Origin: Anaerolineae bacterium
GTDB lineage: Bacteria; Chloroflexota; Anaerolineae; Aggregatilineales; Phototrophicaceae
DNA length: 64,000 nucleotides
Direction of reading: 5' to 3'
Assembly: GCA_034432395.1 (NCBI GenBank)
Contig: DAOUBU010000109.1
Location: 5,509-69,508, forward strand
Position 1 is the stretch's first letter. Every line of letters begins with the position of its first letter. This document shows, piece after piece, positions 62,120 to 64,000 of the stretch. The translations under genes and the position numbers were made by a program. The notes under the pieces were generated by a model. It worked only from the letters and a program-made list of their open reading frames with translations, was not told where the DNA came from and ran no database searches.

Positions 62120-62176
62120 AACCGAACTGCCCGCCAGGGATGCGGCGGGCAGTTCGCTTGCGGAGTTGCGGATGGG

Positions 62177-64000
62177 CTACGGGCCGAAATCGAGCGTCGG
62201 CGTCGGCCCGAGCGTCGGGAAGGGGAGCGGCGTTTCGAAGACCGGCGGGAAGGTCGGGATGACCGGCCCGAACGTCGGTAGGATCGCCGGCGGCGCGGTG
62301 GGGAGCAGCGTCGGCGTGGCCGTCGGCAGGACATTGCTGATCAGGATGTTGACCGTCCGGTACAGGTAACCGCCCGCGTTGGAGAACGCCGTCAGCCGCA
62401 GTTGGTATTCCCCGTTGGGGACGCGCGTCGTATCGAACGAAGCGAGCTGGCTGTTGGTGACCTGGTTGCCGAACGGCCCGGCGACCAGCACCCAGTTCTG
62501 CGTATTGGCCGGGGCCAGCTCGATCTGGTAGCGGTTGAAGTCCAGCGCGGTGATCGTGCCGGTGATGGCGATCGTCCCCTGGACGGTCTGCCCGGCGATC
62601 GGCGAGCTGATCTGCGCCACCGGGAGCTGCTGGCCCGGCTGGCACTCGCCGACGTTGGCGGGCACGGGGACGGGGATGCCCAGGCGCTGCGCAGTGGCCG
62701 CGCCCGCCGCCGAGTCCAGCCAGGCGATGGCCGCCGGGTCGGTGATGTTGACGATCGTGCCGGGGACGACGTTGTCCGGGCAGTAGGTGTTGGCGCGCAG
62801 GCCCAGCCACGAGTCGACCGGGACATTGCGGTTGACGAAACCGGCGCTGGCCGGCGGGGGCGGCTGGCTCTGGATGAAGAGTTCGGTGCGCACCTGCGCG
62901 CACGGGGCGACCGCGGGATCGAACAGCGTGCCGGTGTCGGCGCAGATCTGGGCCTGGGCGATGCCCTGCGGCGGCTGATAGGGATTCGGATTGGTTCCAG
63001 AGACGGCGGCGCGCAGCACGGCGCTCCAGATCGGCAGGGCGGTGTTCTGGAAATCGGCGCGGGTGGGCGCGTTGTCGTGCCGCCCCATCCACACGCCGAC
63101 CGCGGCGGTGCGGGTGAAGCCGAGCGTCCACAGATCGCGGTTATCGGCGCTGACGCCGCCGAGCGCGCCGACCAGGCCGGGGTATTCCGGCAGGCTGAGG
63201 CCGTTGTTCGGCCCGTAACCGAGCACGCGCGCGTCGTTGTCGGTCAGCATCTGCTGCATCAGATAGGCGATCTGCGGCTGGATCGTCTGCGCGGGCTGCA
63301 GCCGTTCCGGCAGCGCGATCTCAGCGCCTTCGGCATCGGTGATGCGCGTGATCGCATACGTCTGGGTGCGCACGCCGTTGTTGGCGATGGTGGCGAACGC
63401 CTGCAGCAGATCGTACAGGCGGACTTCGGTCGCGCCCGCGCCGGTGGCGATGCTGAACTGCGCATTGTCGAGGAAGCGCAGGCCGAGGCGCGTCGCGGTC
63501 TCGCGGAAGCGGTCTGGCCCGACGAATTCGTAGATCTTGACCGCGGCGGTCGGCAGGCCGCTGCCCAGCACCGTGCGCACGGAGACGTTGCCGCTGAAGC
63601 GTCCGTTCGGGTTGGGGGGCGGGGTGTAGGGCGGCACAGCGTTCCACGAGGTCGGCACGTCCCAGACGATCGTGGCTGGCGTCATGTACTGGATGAAGCC
63701 GCCGATCGTGACGCCTTCCAGCGCCGCCGTGATCTGCACCGGGCGGATCGCGCTGCCGGGCTGCTGCCAGGTGAAGACATTGTTGACCGAACCGTCGATC
63801 GAGGCGTCGTTGACGTCCGGGCTGCCGACCATCGCCAGGATCGCCCCGCTCGCCGGGTTGGTGACCAGCACCGCGCCCGTGTTCACCCCCAGCGTCGCGC
63901 TGGCGGTCACCTGCTGGCGCAGCGCGGTCTGCGCGGCATTCTGCACCCGCGGGTCAAGCGTGGTGTAGATGTTGAAACCGCGCCGGAACATCTCCGACGA
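62177..64000 (-). CDS. Class-A penicillin-binding-protein homolog, C-terminal part (transpeptidase-like domain, extra beta-rich domain, Pro/Thr tail); 5' end outside the window
   Basis: The frame is open to the window edge. FNIYTTLDPRVQNAAQ and TNPASGAILAMVGSPD...WQQPGSAIRP align with the linker and transpeptidase region of PBP1A-type proteins. The tail is PTATPTLLPTAPP... Confidence 0.8.
   Translation of the reverse strand, partial: SSEMFRRGFNIYTTLDPRVQNAAQTALRQQVTASATLGVNTGAVLVTNPASGAILAMVGSPDVNDASIDGSVNNVFTWQQPGSAIRPVQITAALEGVTIGGFIQYMTPATIVWDVPTSWNAVPPYTPPPNPNGRFSGNVSVRTVLGSGLPTAAVKIYEFVGPDRFRETATRLGLRFLDNAQFSIATGAGATEVRLYDLLQAFATIANNGVRTQTYAITRITDAEGAEIALPERLQPAQTIQPQIAYLMQQMLTDNDARVLGYGPNNGLSLPEYPGLVGALGGVSADNRDLWTLGFTRTAAVGVWMGRHDNAPTRADFQNTALPIWSAVLRAAVSGTNPNPYQPPQGIAQAQICADTGTLFDPAVAPCAQVRTELFIQSQPPPPASAGFVNRNVPVDSWLGLRANTYCPDNVVPGTIVNITDPAAIAWLDSAAGAATAQRLGIPVPVPANVGECQPGQQLPVAQISSPIAGQTVQGTIAITGTITALDFNRYQIELAPANTQNWVLVAGPFGNQVTNSQLASFDTTRVPNGEYQLRLTAFSNAGGYLYRTVNILISNVLPTATPTLLPTAPPAILPTFGPVIPTFPPVFETPLPFPTLGPTPTLDFGP

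Noticed and set aside
1-64000. Search for tRNA, rRNA, CRISPR arrays, integrases, transposases or prophage genes
   Set aside because: Intergenic regions are short (mostly under 250 nt). None shows a tRNA-like acceptor/T-arm pattern, regularly spaced short repeats, or recombinase/transposase motifs. The only low-GC islets are the TA pair and promoter regions, which is insufficient to call a mobile element.

Overview
This 64-kb window is a very G+C-rich (about two-thirds GC by eye), gene-dense chromosomal segment. I support about 58 protein-coding genes across both strands. I found no rRNA, tRNA, CRISPR array, transposase or integrase. Many long Arg/Gly/Ala/Asp-rich ORFs in the track lie antisense to recognisable genes and are treated as GC-driven shadow ORFs. 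Pro/Thr-rich linkers on several exported proteins, a DUF4012 protein and LysM/META repeat proteins weakly suggest a Chloroflexota-like organism; this is inference only.

Gene blocks from left to right:
- 1-1918: two BMP-type ABC permeases.
- 1967-5132: DUF952, a PucR regulator and a Tyr-phosphatase.
- 5180-9044: a CUT1-type sugar ABC importer.
- 9340-10531: a frameshifted secreted protein.
- 10654-15586: ribokinase, convergent with a four-gene sugar-phosphate operon (2-hydroxyacid dehydrogenase, cupin-type PGI, FGGY kinase, shikimate-dehydrogenase-like).
- 15790-17953: LysM and META repeat proteins.
- 18096-19825: cysC-sat.
- 19835-22567: priA.
- 22679-23291: a DUF433/DUF5615 toxin-antitoxin-like pair.
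- 23456-25487: an orphan LutA-like Fe-S protein and a D-TA-family PLP enzyme.
- 25650-31883: an ArsR-headed operon with an octahaem cytochrome c, a heptahaem-c/cytochrome-b fusion and a split YeeE/YedE transporter carrying a rhodanese tail.
- 31966-42841: MgtC, then a surface-polysaccharide regulatory locus (TagA-like, NusG paralog, LMW-PTP, TIR-like membrane protein, BY-kinase, CapD, DUF4012).
- 42956-48709: a ribose-type ABC importer whose binding protein is an internal tandem duplication, plus LacI.
- 48827-51294: a double-FHA protein and a degenerate PyrK/PyrD-like pair.
- 51535-56037: a five-gene cluster led by a Ras-like GTPase and ending in DUF2207.
- 56047-64000: M28 peptidase, acpS, an aldehyde dehydrogenase, ald, LysE, GNAT, and a class-A PBP fragment whose transpeptidase motifs are all degenerate.

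The best candidates for undescribed biology are the multihaem/YeeE operon (25.6-31.9 kb) and the GTPase-DUF2207 membrane cluster (51.5-56.0 kb). All functional calls come from motif recognition by eye. No database search was possible.
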